Source: an uncultured Gemmatimonadales bacterium
Lineage (GTDB): Bacteria > Gemmatimonadota > Gemmatimonadetes > Gemmatimonadales > GWC2-71-9
Length of the DNA stretch: 64,000 nucleotides
Assembly: GCA_963828735.1 (NCBI GenBank)
Contig: CAWHFW010000005.1
Location: 1,024,001 to 1,088,000 of the forward strand
Reading direction: 5' to 3'
Shown here piece after piece: positions 22,001 to 30,420 of this stretch. The first letter of the stretch is position 1, and each line of letters opens with the position of its first letter. The notes below the pieces were generated by a model that was not told the origin of the DNA, did not search any database, and saw only the letters and a list, made by a program, of their open reading frames with translations. A program made the position numbers and the translations under genes.

Positions 22001-22939
22001 CAGCCCGCCCGAGACGTGCTCCGTGACCAGTCGCACGACGACGCGTTGATAGAGCGCCGAATCCAGCGCCGCGGGAGCCACGGTGGCCTCGGCCGTCAGG
22101 CCCTTCGCCGCGCCCAGCACGTCGAGATCGATCCAGCGCCCGTTCTCCAGCCGCTGCACCCACCAGTGGTCCTGCAGCGCGGCGACGAGGCTGTCCTCCC
22201 CGGCCGCCGGGTCGCCCCGGCGGTCCGATTTCGGGAGCAGCTCGCGCAGTCGAGCGGTCTGCGCGTCGGTGCGGGCGTCGAGCGTATCCAGCATCCGGGT
22301 GGCGCTGTCCAGCCGCGCCTCGATCACCCGCACGAGGCGGACGGAATCCTGGAGATAGGCTTGGGCGGCCAGGCGCAGGTCGGCGTTCCACTCGGGCGTC
22401 GTCCGGGGATTTGGGACCCGCGCCAGGGTGACGCGGGCCCGCCGGAGCGAGGGCAGCAGGGCGCGGGCGCGCGCCGCATCCAGCCGAGCGTGCGCCAGCC
22501 GCACCTCGTGCCCCGCCCGCTCCAGGAGGGCGGCGAGCAGGAGCGCGCGGTCGAGGCTGTTGCCCTGGCGGTCGAGCAGCACGCCGGTGGGCCCGCGCAG
22601 CACCCCGTGATACGGCACCCATGCCGTCCAGGTCCGCACCCAGTCCAGGGAAGCGGCGGGATCCCGACCGAGCAGCTCGGCCAGGTAGGCGGGGTCCCAG
22701 CGATCCCGCGCCGCCGCGCCGTCGCCGTCGGTGATGGCGCTCAGGCTGGCCTCGATGGTCGCCTCGCGCGTCGCGGCGCCAGCCGGAGACGCCCCGGCTG
22801 CCGCGCTCGGGCCCGGGTGCCCGGCGGATACGGCGGCGTCGGTTTTCGCGGCGTGGCGCGCACGCCAGGCGGCGACGCCTCCGGCCCCGCCCAGGAGGAG
22901 CGCCAGCAGGCTGATCCCGAGCAGTCGTCCGCGGCGCAT
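19076..22939 (-). CDS. Large exported protein: transglutaminase-like N-terminal region, Pro/Gly linker, tandem repeats, coiled-coil C-terminus
   Basis: N-terminal hydrophobic segment; GNSLDRALLLAALL...HWWVQ...WIDLD resembles a transglutaminase-like core; DPLG(R/K)TQ repeat x3; 1287-aa uninterrupted ORF. Confidence 0.6.
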   Translation of the reverse strand: MRRGRLLGISLLALLLGGAGGVAAWRARHAAKTDAAVSAGHPGPSAAAGASPAGAATREATIEASLSAITDGDGAAARDRWDPAYLAELLGRDPAASLDWVRTWTAWVPYHGVLRGPTGVLLDRQGNSLDRALLLAALLERAGHEVRLAHARLDAARARALLPSLRRARVTLARVPNPRTTPEWNADLRLAAQAYLQDSVRLVRVIEARLDSATRMLDTLDARTDAQTARLRELLPKSDRRGDPAAGEDSLVAALQDHWWVQRLENGRWIDLDVLGAAKGLTAEATVAPAALDSALYQRVVVRLVTEHVSGGLLRARPLLQREIRPADVTGQPVVLEIMPAGWQPDLIALAADPAAAFRTAALEEREWHVTLAAGGQTAEAEISLDAGAVAANSGNPFGGLGQGIGRAVDDGADELSAAWLEYEIVVPGRPHQVVRRQLFDLVGPAARAAGRPVRLAPDERQRLERSLALTRTTEILPLGSGIAPEYLLHLTAKAALANRNFLRSSGPPPVRTLSEAMDTFATSVVPGPSQLYTLAAVRMSADPDADVFLDRPNVFSRHAFLGLRRGRIVRLEGTDIVANDVAPAPGASDPASVRRRQGVRDTNAEALLYAGQPVVGSVADGFARAARWHAITSADDPLLKGLSADIRQRMVDDLAAGYVLVAPASLTGATPAELAGWWRTDPRTGQTLGVSGTGWGQTLAERAFKYTVLLGSAVVEAWMFEFLWCGRAIEGGSGGQVASAKSPLDWLVTPAWADEPEKTKSACVWEAWRSALLAGMFYKASVVWGILAKQIKLWRMLRALPPPEPVIPSGSSGGGGSPGGAPGGAPAPKAPPECPPGGGAPGGAAGEGPPAAQPGAGEEPGIDPLGRTQAAENGEAPADPLGKTQAAENGEAPADPLGRTQPAENPGERPADPLAPNKSSEPAPPSERVPFDEAWGDLAPAAPGTYAKQSEGWAGRAPDAERFLGEEEAAARAAAQKAEEAKKEIAAAEANPPGETDWDARQRLLDAKMDITMAERARQAVARAEAALARIRALVEQYRRLEALNAELIQARTEVREASERFEELVRSGKADFQGRDYARWKALYNQYQQALKEYAAAVRELGKVAPRPPSPGQSGGGTLPMPERPVPPGGGGGSPQCSGASPPPGSPPPGSPPPLTPSQASPPPGSPPPSPALDAQRQVAEAERALEAARVERDALMKEMDAATNKMLEDEAAAVKRGEGVPPQTSEFAALLRRKIDAIKRVWQLEEQFSLARFQAQQLEQASAGAGGPPPEIPSIVGIGAMSAP
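20199..20350 (-). repeat. 48-bp in-frame tandem repeat (about 3 copies) encoding DPLG(R/K)TQAAENGEAPA
   Basis: Repeated CCCGAGCGGGTCGGCCGG...GCCTCGCCGTTCTCCGC units. Confidence 0.8.
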
Positions 22940-23740
22940 GGTCCTCCCTTCACAGGGCGTTGGATGCCAAAAACGGCGTGGATCTGGAGCGGCTCTCAGG
23001 AACGCCCGGGAAGCGGGGAAACTCCCTCGGATTCAAGGGGGCGGTTCGCGCTCGGCCTCAGGCATCTCGAGGTGGGCTTCGGTGCCGCAGGGCCGGAATC
23101 GCATGCCGACAATGGCCCAGTTCAGAAAACGTCGGCCGCCCCCTCGGAGCTAGCGGGACTCCGGGGAAGGCGCGGCGCCGTGCGGAACGCCGAAGCAGGG
23201 AAGTGCGCGGTCCCTGGTCCCCGTGGTTGTCCCCCAACAGGAACCATGAGGTTTCTTCGCTCGGGGTTGATACTGCAGGCGGGGACACCCTACTCAATAT
23301 CCGTCACATCCGTCACACGTACCTGTTTGCGGTAGTTAGGGAATGTCTTGGCGCGTGACGGTTCGTGTGACGGCTCGGTTTTGGAACCCCAGGTGTGCCC
23401 GAATGGGAACTTGCAGCAAAGGACGCATTCGCCAGGTTGAACGCTGGGGAACAAGGCCTCCCGAACAAAGTGGTGGACCGCATATTTGGGGTCAGAGCGC
23501 CGGAAGGATCGCTTCTCAAGGTCATGGGTGCGTGGATCGCGCCCGACGGGTCAGTTCATACGGTGCCCTCAAGGCTTCGGCGAGGCAACGACATCAAAAA
23601 CTTTGGCATTTCGTAGCACGCGGTGACGTGCTCAGACCTCGTAGCGATCCAGATCACAGCGTGTCCTCCGCCGTCCCTCTAGCATCCTATACACAGTCCC
23701 GAACTGCTGGGTCCGGCCGTGCAATCAAGCAGGAGGGCTT

Positions 23741-23896
23741 ATGACGCGAGCCAAGAAGTCGTTTCACCTCGAGCTGACCAAGGAGCAACAGGCGCTTATC
23801 CTGCAGAAGACCGGGATGGAAGCCAAGGAGTTGGAGTTGACGGATGCTGAGTTGAGAGTCCAGACGGAGCCTAAGCCGGTAGGCAATCAGCGTTGA
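23741..23896 (+). CDS. 51-aa small protein (MTRAKKSFHLELTKEQQALILQKTGMEAKELELTDAELRVQTEPKPVGNQR), copy 1
   Basis: AGGAGG RBS; ORF kept in copy 2 with mostly synonymous or conservative changes; below the ORF-track cutoff. Confidence 0.65.
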   Translation: MTRAKKSFHLELTKEQQALILQKTGMEAKELELTDAELRVQTEPKPVGNQR

Positions 23897-24165
23897 GAGC
23901 CCGGACCCTTCCGTCGCTCAAGGGGAGGGTTCTCCGCTTGGCGGGGTTGGGATTGAGCTAGTCTCTGCGGCTGGCCAGCTTTCCTCAACCGTCCACCCCA
24001 CCTCGGCCGGTGGGCAGCGGAAGGTGCGAATGTCGAGGACCGGCACCGGGCCGCGTACACCGAGATGGACGGCCGGCGAGACCTCTTTCATCGTCCATGA
24101 ATCGAGGTACATAGAACCAGTGCTACGCTAGCGCACCAACCGTGGTTCTGACGGGCCAACCTGTC

Positions 24166-24194
24166 TTGACGCCTGACGTACCGATCCCTACCGT
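24166..24194 (+). promoter_or_regulatory. Sigma70-type promoter of riboswitch module 1
   Basis: TTGACG-N17-TACCGT; same spacing in all five modules. Confidence 0.7.
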
Positions 24195-24198
24195 AGCA

Positions 24199-24336
24199 CC
24201 ACACCTCGACAAGGCACACCCGGCCAAAGCCGGGGCCGGAAAGCCACGGGTCCTCGCCTCCTCCGCGACGACAGGGGATCAGCCAGACTGACACTGCGCA
24301 GGTCCCACGACGGCCGGCTGGCGTTTACAGGTGTGG
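24199..24336 (+). promoter_or_regulatory. c-di-GMP-I (GEMM) riboswitch, degenerate copy 1
   Basis: GGCACACCCGGC-CAAA-GCCGGGGCCGGAAAGCCACGGGTCC; CACACCT/AGGTGTG closing stem; tetraloop and C46-equivalent are mutated. Confidence 0.6.
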
Positions 24337-24374
24337 ATACCTGCGCGCTAATCCCCGAAGTGGAGAACCTGACC

Positions 24375-24912
24375 ATGCGATCCCTGAGACTGACCGGAGT
24401 GGCCATGCTGGCGGCCGCGTTTCTGACCGGGTGCGACGCCGACTCGAGCCCCACCGCTCAAACGACCCCCGGCCTCACGGCGGACGTGACCGATCACAAC
24501 GTGGCGGACCACTTCAAGACCGTGGACCACCGTGACGTTCTCGGATGGAGTGAACCCGTGTAACGGCGAGCAAATCACCTTTACGGGAACCGCCGAAAGT
24601 CAGCTGACCGTTATTGGTTCTCGGGAGATGCTGGATGCGGGGAGCTTCCTGCACAGGGAGTACCAGCAGCACGTTCAGGCCACCGGCACCGGGTCGGAAA
24701 CCGGAGCCACCTACACAATCAATGACATCTTCCATGAGAGCTTCGATACGCCGAACGGTTCGCACGGCGCCCTCGGGGACCACGCGACGACGCACGTCAC
24801 CAGCGACCTGCCTGGCCTCAGCTTCATAGCCCACTTCGTTTTCCACCTTGTGGTCCCGTCGGGCAAGGACTTCAAGGTGACCACGGACCTGGACTGGGTG
24901 AAGTGCGGCTAA
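24375..24912 (+). CDS. Secreted beta-rich lipoprotein, hypothetical (single +1 frameshift near 24524)
   Basis: GGAG RBS, lipobox FLTGC; removing one base joins the signal part to NPCNGEQITFTG...VKCG; paralog of 1695-2216. Confidence 0.7.
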
Positions 24913-25078
24913 GGCCCTGCGGCAACGATTGCCATTCCATCGGCGTTCACATGCTGTTTCCGGCGCGTTCATATGACTCGACTTTCGCCACCGCGTTCGT
25001 GAATCGAGGTACGAGGTACATGGAACCAGTGCTGTGTACGCTAGCGCACCAACCTTCGCTGTAACGGGCCAATCTGTC

Positions 25079-25107
25079 TTGACGGCTCGCGTACCACTCC
25101 ATATCGT
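25079..25107 (+). promoter_or_regulatory. Sigma70-type promoter of riboswitch module 2
   Basis: TTGACG-N17-TATCGT. Confidence 0.7.
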
Positions 25108-25111
25108 AGCG

Positions 25112-25233
25112 CCACACCTCGACAAAGGCACACCCGGCGAAAGCCGGGGCCGCAACGCCACGGGTCCTCGCCTCCTCCGCGACGCCTCCTCCCGACGCCA
25201 CGCAGGACCCACGATCGCCGAGCTGCCGAAGGG
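25112..25233 (+). promoter_or_regulatory. c-di-GMP-I (GEMM) riboswitch copy 2
   Basis: CGACAAAGGCACAC-CCGGC-GAAA-GCCGG-GGCCGCAACGCCACGGGTCC...GATCGCCGAGCTGCCGAAGG: P2 with GNRA loop, P3 and 3' GCCGA. Confidence 0.8.
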
Positions 25234-25278
25234 TTTAGTGTCCGAACCGTTGGACGACTATCCACCCGGAGCCAGCCT

Positions 25279-25908
25279 ATGCGATCACTTCACGGCGCTG
25301 CACCCATCATTGCGGTCGTCCTGGTCCTTTCGTGCACCGAACGGACTGCTCCATCTGATGCTGCAGCACCTGCTGCACCAGTTGCGTTCGACTTCCTCAA
25401 CGGCCCTGACTCACCAGGGAACTCTGGCATCTTCAGATTTCAAGGCGCGATTCTCGAAATAACGTTCGACTTCAACGCGGGACTCATCAGCGTCCACGGG
25501 CTTACCAACTCGATTGCCGATCTGTGCAATGACCTGGGCGAATTTGATCTCATGGACATTCAGTTAAAGCCGCATTCCAGGGATGAGGTAAACAGTTTGA
25601 TCGTTGACCGCGAATCACCGGTGCAGATCCTGGCCTTCCCGCCCGAGGGGCTTGGGGAGGACTTTTGCTCAGACTTCAGCGGTGCTCCGGTTCTCTACAG
25701 TGGCACGGTCGCCTTTCGTGAAACCGATAACAACGAAACTCCCACAGGTACTGAAGGAGGTCGTGCGAACTCTTTCGGATGGAGGGCGCAAGGAGTGCTT
25801 GACGATCTTGTAAACGGTGGGCAGGTCCACTACAACGAGGAGGTCCGGCTTATTATCAGCCCACGCGATGAGTTCAAAGAGGCGGTGTCGAAGATAACGA
25901 TACACTAG
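25279..25908 (+). CDS. Secreted lipoprotein, hypothetical (paralog of 27700-28326)
   Basis: Signal with VLSC lipobox; two internal Cys; GTV..., DN, N.F...G...D...G and SP motifs shared with the 27700 gene. Confidence 0.7.
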   Translation: MRSLHGAAPIIAVVLVLSCTERTAPSDAAAPAAPVAFDFLNGPDSPGNSGIFRFQGAILEITFDFNAGLISVHGLTNSIADLCNDLGEFDLMDIQLKPHSRDEVNSLIVDRESPVQILAFPPEGLGEDFCSDFSGAPVLYSGTVAFRETDNNETPTGTEGGRANSFGWRAQGVLDDLVNGGQVHYNEEVRLIISPRDEFKEAVSKITIH

Positions 25909-25940
25909 CAGGTTTCGCTGCGTCATCGGTTCCTCGAGGG

Positions 25941-26140
25941 TCAGGCTGCTAGGCCGCGGCGCCGAAAGACGGGCTGGACAGGGTTAGAGGGCCAGATGGC
26001 TCGCAGGACGGGCTCGCCGTGGAGCTTGACCGCGAGCGCCAGCGCGCAGACACAGTCATCATGCATTCCGGCCGGGGCCGCGTACCGAACCCCGGCCGCT
26101 GTGTACTCGTACTGGAACGCCTCGAGCTCGTGAACCATCG
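25941..26140 (-). pseudogene. Phage terminase large subunit C-terminal fragment
   Basis: ELEAFQYEY....VRYAAPAGMHDDCVCALALA matches the HDDxVxALALA end of terminase nuclease domains; no ATPase part. Confidence 0.65.
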
Positions 26141-26249
26141 GACCATCGGGGCATCGGACCATCGGGGCAGGTGATGTCCCGACGGTGGATGGCACCAGCC
26201 AGCCCCTCCACCTCATCGGCGCGCGGAAAAGCAATCGGGCCAATTTGGC

Positions 26250-26278
26250 TTGACCGCTCGCGTACCAGCCTGTACCGT
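26250..26278 (+). promoter_or_regulatory. Sigma70-type promoter of riboswitch module 3
   Basis: TTGACC-N17-TACCGT. Confidence 0.65.
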
Positions 26279-26282
26279 AGCA

Positions 26283-26407
26283 CCACACCTCGACAAAGGC
26301 ACACCCGGTGAAAGCCGGGGTCGCAACGCCACGGGTCTTCACCTCCTCCGCGACGCCGGGCTCAAGGACGCCACGAAGGACCCTAAGACCGCCGGGCCGC
26401 TAAGAGG
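26283..26407 (+). promoter_or_regulatory. c-di-GMP-I (GEMM) riboswitch copy 3
   Basis: AAAGGCACACCCGGT-GAAA-GCCGGGGTCGCAACGCCACGGGTC...GAAGGACCCTAAGACCGCCGGGCCGC. Confidence 0.7.
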
Positions 26408-26434
26408 CCGCTCCCCTCACTCCGTGGAGGCTAT

Positions 26435-26875
26435 ATGTGGCGCGCTGTTCTTCTCTGTGCCTTGGGGTTGCTTGCTGCAGCCCCGGCTTACTCCCAGACC
26501 CCAAACGCAAACGAGCAAGCGGTGCTTAAGGCCTATCGCGCTCTCGACACGGCACAGTTCAAGAAGGACCGACCCACCATGGAGCGGTTGATGGCCGACG
26601 ACTATTCGTACACCCACTCCAATGGCACGGTGAACGACAGGGCCGCGGACATCAAGGAGACGATGTCCGACGACATCAAGTGGACCGGCACAAAGAGTGA
26701 TGATCTAAAAGTGCGGATGTATGGCGACGTCGCCGTAGTCACCGGGCAGTTGACGTTGACGGGTTCGGCTAAGAACTACGTCCCCGGGCCGCGCCGGTTT
26801 ACTGAGATCTGGGTTAAACGCGACGGGCATTGGCAGAATATCGGGGGCCAAACGACGCTTGTACCATCGAAATAG
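26435..26875 (+). CDS. Secreted NTF2-like (DUF4440) protein
   Basis: GGAGG RBS, Sec signal ending AYS; ADDYSYTHSNG, VRMYGDVAVVTG, RFTEIWVKRDG.WQ. Confidence 0.85.
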   Translation: MWRAVLLCALGLLAAAPAYSQTPNANEQAVLKAYRALDTAQFKKDRPTMERLMADDYSYTHSNGTVNDRAADIKETMSDDIKWTGTKSDDLKVRMYGDVAVVTGQLTLTGSAKNYVPGPRRFTEIWVKRDGHWQNIGGQTTLVPSK

Positions 26876-27077
26876 GAGAAATCACCTTCGCCTCGACACA
26901 GCTCAAGAAAGGCACACCGGTCCCTGGTGCCTGTCCCAATGGCGCTGCGCCGCCTGTCTACCCCTCTGCGCTCGTGGACGAGTGGACGGCGCGCGAACGG
27001 GATGGAACTGATGCACTCATACACGAGCGTCTGATCGAACTGCTGGGGCTCGGCCGTGCAATTAGGCAGGAGGGCTT

Positions 27078-27233
27078 ATGACCCGAGCTAAGAAGTCGTT
27101 TCACCTCGAGCTGACCAAGGAGCAACAGGCGCTTGTCCTGGAGAAAACAGGGATGGAAGCCAAAGAGTTGGAGCTGACGGATGCTGCCTTGAGAGTCCAG
27201 ACGGAGCCTAAGCCGGTAGGGAATCAGCGTTGA
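27078..27233 (+). CDS. 51-aa small protein, copy 2 (MTRAKKSFHLELTKEQQALVLEKTGMEAKELELTDAALRVQTEPKPVGNQR)
   Basis: AGGAGG RBS; three amino-acid differences from copy 1. Confidence 0.65.
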   Translation: MTRAKKSFHLELTKEQQALVLEKTGMEAKELELTDAALRVQTEPKPVGNQR

Positions 27234-27503
27234 GAGCCCGAACCCTTCCCTCGCTCAAGGGGAGGGTTCTCCGCTTGGCGGGGTTGGGATTGAGCTAGTC
27301 TCTGCGGCTGGCGAGCTTTCCTCAACGTCCACCCCGCCTCGCCCGGTGGGCGGCGGAAGGTGCGAATGTCGAGGACCGGCACCAGGCCGCGTACACCGAG
27401 ATGGACGGCCGGCGAGACCTCTTTCGTCCGTGAATCGAGCCGTGCCCGACCGGTTCTGCGTACGCTAGCGCACCAAGCTTGGTTCTGAACGGGCCAATCT
27501 GTC

Positions 27504-27532
27504 TTGACGTCTGGTGTACTGATCCCTAGCGT
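27504..27532 (+). promoter_or_regulatory. Sigma70-type promoter of riboswitch module 4
   Basis: TTGACG-N17-TAGCGT. Confidence 0.7.
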
Positions 27533-27536
27533 AGCA

Positions 27537-27670
27537 CCACACCTCGACAAAGGCACACCCGGCCAGAGCCGGGGCCGCAAAGCCACGGGTCCTCGCTGCC
27601 CTCCGCGACGCCGCACGGTATCCCGGCCTGACGCCACGAAGGACCCCACGACCGCCGAGCTGCCGAAGGG
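27537..27670 (+). promoter_or_regulatory. c-di-GMP-I (GEMM) riboswitch copy 4
   Basis: AAAGGCACACCCGGC-CAGA-GCCGGGGCCGCAAAGCCACGGGTCC...GGACCCCACGACCGCCGAGCTGCCGAAGG; loop is not GNRA. Confidence 0.75.
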
Positions 27671-27699
27671 AAGGCTGACTACTCCCACCGGAGGCTTCC

Positions 27700-28326
27700 A
27701 TGCGTCATTCCCTTCTGCTCCCCACAGCGGTGCTGGCTGGCGCTCTCGGGATCGGCTGCAGCGACCAGTCCGGCGTCACCAATCCCGATCCCGGCGGCAT
27801 GAGCTCCTATGACGGCACTCTATCTAATGCGACTGAGATCCAACGATTCGAAGACTTCTTGATAATTTCCCAGGCCCAAGCTGACCCGCCTCTCGTGGCC
27901 CTCGTCGGCGTGGGTCTTGAGGAGTTCCCCGATTTCTGCGCTGGGGCTGCGCCCCAAGAGCTGTCCGACTGGCTCGTTATCACCCACCCGACCCGAGAGG
28001 GGGTATCCAGGCACTACCTCATCAAAGACAAAGAGCTAAGCGCGCTCGTCTGGCAGGTAGATGTTGGGACCGGGGCCGATATCTGCCAGTTAGAGCCCCT
28101 CGCGGTCGGCACGGTCAACGTCACGCTCAACGACAACGAGGGTGACTTCTTCGAGACCGCTCCGGGCGCGAACGCCTTTTTCTACCAGTTCGTGGGCAAG
28201 GTGATTGACCAAGAGACCGGGCAAGAGTACCACCTCCAGGGGCGGTTTCAGATCCTCGTCTCACCCGATGGCACGTTCAAGTTCCTTCCGGTGCCCTTCC
28301 TCAGCCTGAGACCGATCGGCGGCTGA
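27700..28326 (+). CDS. Secreted lipoprotein, hypothetical
   Basis: GGAGG RBS, signal with GIGC lipobox; paralog of 25279-25908. Confidence 0.7.
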   Translation: MRHSLLLPTAVLAGALGIGCSDQSGVTNPDPGGMSSYDGTLSNATEIQRFEDFLIISQAQADPPLVALVGVGLEEFPDFCAGAAPQELSDWLVITHPTREGVSRHYLIKDKELSALVWQVDVGTGADICQLEPLAVGTVNVTLNDNEGDFFETAPGANAFFYQFVGKVIDQETGQEYHLQGRFQILVSPDGTFKFLPVPFLSLRPIGG

Positions 28327-28344
28327 GGTCAGTTAGCGTCGTAC

Positions 28345-28374
28345 AAGGCGGGGGTGGCGCTCCCACCCTCGCCT
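28345..28374 (+). terminator. GC-rich hairpin after the lipoprotein gene
   Basis: AGGCGGGGGTGG-CGCTC-CCACCCTCGCCT stem-loop; no clear U-tract. Confidence 0.35.
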
Positions 28375-28617
28375 GGCACTGCTCGATTGCTCCCGGCATC
28401 AGCCTAAACTCGATAGCGCTCCAAGCGATGGCCGTCGAGTCACGCGGCTGCGGCGCCCGGGGCACCTCGGGAAGGTTTGAAACGGGGACCTACACCCAGA
28501 TGGAGGGACGCAGAGACCTGTTCCACCGAACCCTAGCTAGGTACGACCGTCCCTCTGTCGCACCCGCGCTCGGACAGTAGATTCAGTTGTCCCCTCACTC
28601 AAAAAGAGCGTAGCCCG

Positions 28618-28945
28618 ATGGCTGGCCCGTCCCTGCCGTCTCGTCCGCTGGTCGTCGTGGTCGACGACACGCTGCCGGTGCGCCTGCTGGTCTCCCGCGC
28701 TCTTTCTGAGGCAGGGTTCGACGTGCTCAGCGCGCCTGATGGCGCGGCTGCCGCCACGCTCATCCTCGGTCTCAAGTCGCCGCCCGACTTGGTCATCACC
28801 GATATGCGGATGCCGGCCATGGATGGTGAAGAGCTCGGACGCTGGGTCGGGCTGCGCTATCGGCAGGTGCCGCTGATTTTCATCTCCGGCTTCATGCCCG
28901 GGGACACCGGGGAGCTGCCGGGCACCTTTCTTTCCAAGCCCTTCG
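28618..28945 (+). pseudogene. Single-domain response regulator (REC), truncated after the KPF motif
   Basis: VVVVDD, PDLVITDMRMP.MDG, ISG, FLSKPF; the final helix is replaced by sequence running into an inverted riboswitch remnant. Confidence 0.6.
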
Positions 28946-28974
28946 GGTCACACACGCGGACAAAACCCCCTCAC

Positions 28975-29062
28975 AGGCGAGCCGGTCGGAGAGTCCTGCG
29001 AGGCGTCAGTAGCTGGCTTGGGAGCCGGCGGCGCGGAGGAGGCGAGGATCCGTCGCTTTGCG
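28975..29062 (-). promoter_or_regulatory. Degenerate 3' remnant of the riboswitch module
   Basis: Minus strand CGCAAAGCGACGGATCCTCGCCTCCTCCGCG...GACGCCTCGCAGGAC resembles P3 of the other copies. Confidence 0.55.
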
Positions 29063-29791
29063 AAACTTTCCCTCGCACGAAGCGTCATAGTACGCCGTAC
29101 TGCGCCGGGAAAACGTCGGGTTGATGTTGCCACCCATGTTGCCCAGGAGGTACGCTTACAGGCGTCGCGATCTCCTGAGGCGTAGTATCCCGGCGAACAG
29201 TAGGGCCGCAGCGGCGACGAAGGATAGTGGCTGGCGCGGATCGCTCAGGAGTGCGCCGGCAAGGAACGCGAGAGCTGCAATCACCAGCAGAAAGCCTGCC
29301 TTCCGATTCCGGTCCATACCTCCACCGTACATGTCCGGCCCCGCGATGGGAAGCGCCTGAGACCCACGAGCGCCCGAACTGCGCTAGTGCAGCTCGGCCA
29401 ATGCGGACTGGATACGCGTCTCGACTGCTGCCCACGTCGGCCGATCCTTGAGCATTGCGTCCAGGGCGATGCCGTCCAGGGACACCACGGCCGACCGCTC
29501 GCCAATGAACACCCGTACGCCGACCGGGCGCGGCGAATCGTGCTCCCCCGTCACCTGCGTCCGGACCGCCTCGTTCCCCGCGATCGCCGTGGCAGCGCTG
29601 AGCGCCATCCCGCGCACGACGTTGACTGCCTCACAAGGGTCTACCATGACAGCCTCCCGCTCAATGCTCCTGAATTGCCCGGGCGGTGCCCAGCCCGCTT
29701 GGGCCGAAACGCTGGCCCACCCGCCAACATACGCGCCGGGACCGTACCCGGTCAGTCCAAACGTGATGCTCAGCTCATGCAGGCGATCGGT

Positions 29792-30175
29792 CTAGGATGG
29801 GAGAGCCACCACCGCCGCGACAAGGGCCTCCGGGGTGAAGGGCTTCGGGAGGACCGGTCCTCGGTATTCGCCCAGTTGAAAGCCCTGGCCCGTCGTGAGC
29901 AGGATCGGCACGGTGGGCCACCGCTTGGCCATGATCCGCGCCAGTTCGTCGCCCCTCAGGTGCGGCATCACCACGTCGCTGACCACCGCCCGCACCGCGT
30001 TCGCTCCCAGGCGATCCAGCAGACTCACCGCCTTCTCGCCGTCCGGCGCCTCCAACGCAGGAAGACCCGCATCCCTCAGGATGCGGGCCGTCATCCGGCA
30101 CACCGCCGGTTCGTCATCGACCACCAGCACAGCCCGCTCATCGAGCGGTCGGGCAGCGGCAATCATCGGTCGCAC
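29792..30175 (-). CDS. Single-domain response regulator (CheY-like)
   Basis: VLVVDDE, VVSDVVMP, LTTG, PKPFTPEAL. Confidence 0.8.
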   Translation of the reverse strand: MRPMIAAARPLDERAVLVVDDEPAVCRMTARILRDAGLPALEAPDGEKAVSLLDRLGANAVRAVVSDVVMPHLRGDELARIMAKRWPTVPILLTTGQGFQLGEYRGPVLPKPFTPEALVAAVVALPS

Positions 30176-30285
30176 CTGGAGGGGGCTTGTGCCCCAATCT
30201 TACCGCCCGTTTGCCCTACCCGCTAGACGCCGATCCGACGACGGTGATGTGGCTTCGCATTTGGTGCAGGAATCTTCCCCCCGTC

Positions 30286-30362
30286 GCCGCGCTGCTGTTG
30301 TCTCGTCAGTACGCCAGTGTCCCATCTAAGGTGAACTCACCCTGGCCAGCACCCGTAATCGG
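30286..30362 (-). repeat. 77-bp direct repeat with 31963-32039 (3' end of the 31983-32543 gene), flanking the subtilase gene
   Basis: One mismatch (GGG/GGA, synonymous). Confidence 0.9.
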
Positions 30363-30420
30363 GTAGGCTCGATGATCGGCCGGCGGGCCCTCTCCTCGTC
30401 AATCGGTGGGACGAGAGCCG

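Larger units (their letters stand above)
23700..24270 (+). repeat. About 570-bp direct repeat, copy 1 (small ORF + spacer + promoter + riboswitch 5' part); copy 2 at 27036-27610
   Basis: Colinear, highly similar sequence from CGAACTGCTGGG to GTCCTCGC...CTCCGCGACG in both places. Confidence 0.9.
27036..27610 (+). repeat. About 570-bp direct repeat, copy 2
   Basis: Colinear with 23700-24270. Confidence 0.9.

Noticed and set aside
20748..23335. Long overlapping ORFs such as 20748-22622, 21263-23335, 35067-36416, 40385-41788 and 59587-61281
   Set aside because: Antisense or alternate-frame shadows of real genes in high-GC DNA; Arg/Pro/Gly-rich with no domain motifs.
23918..24112. Minus-strand ORFs within the repeats (MKEVSPAVHLG...)
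   Set aside because: Frame and start are not preserved between copies and there is no recognisable domain; treated as non-coding or relic sequence.
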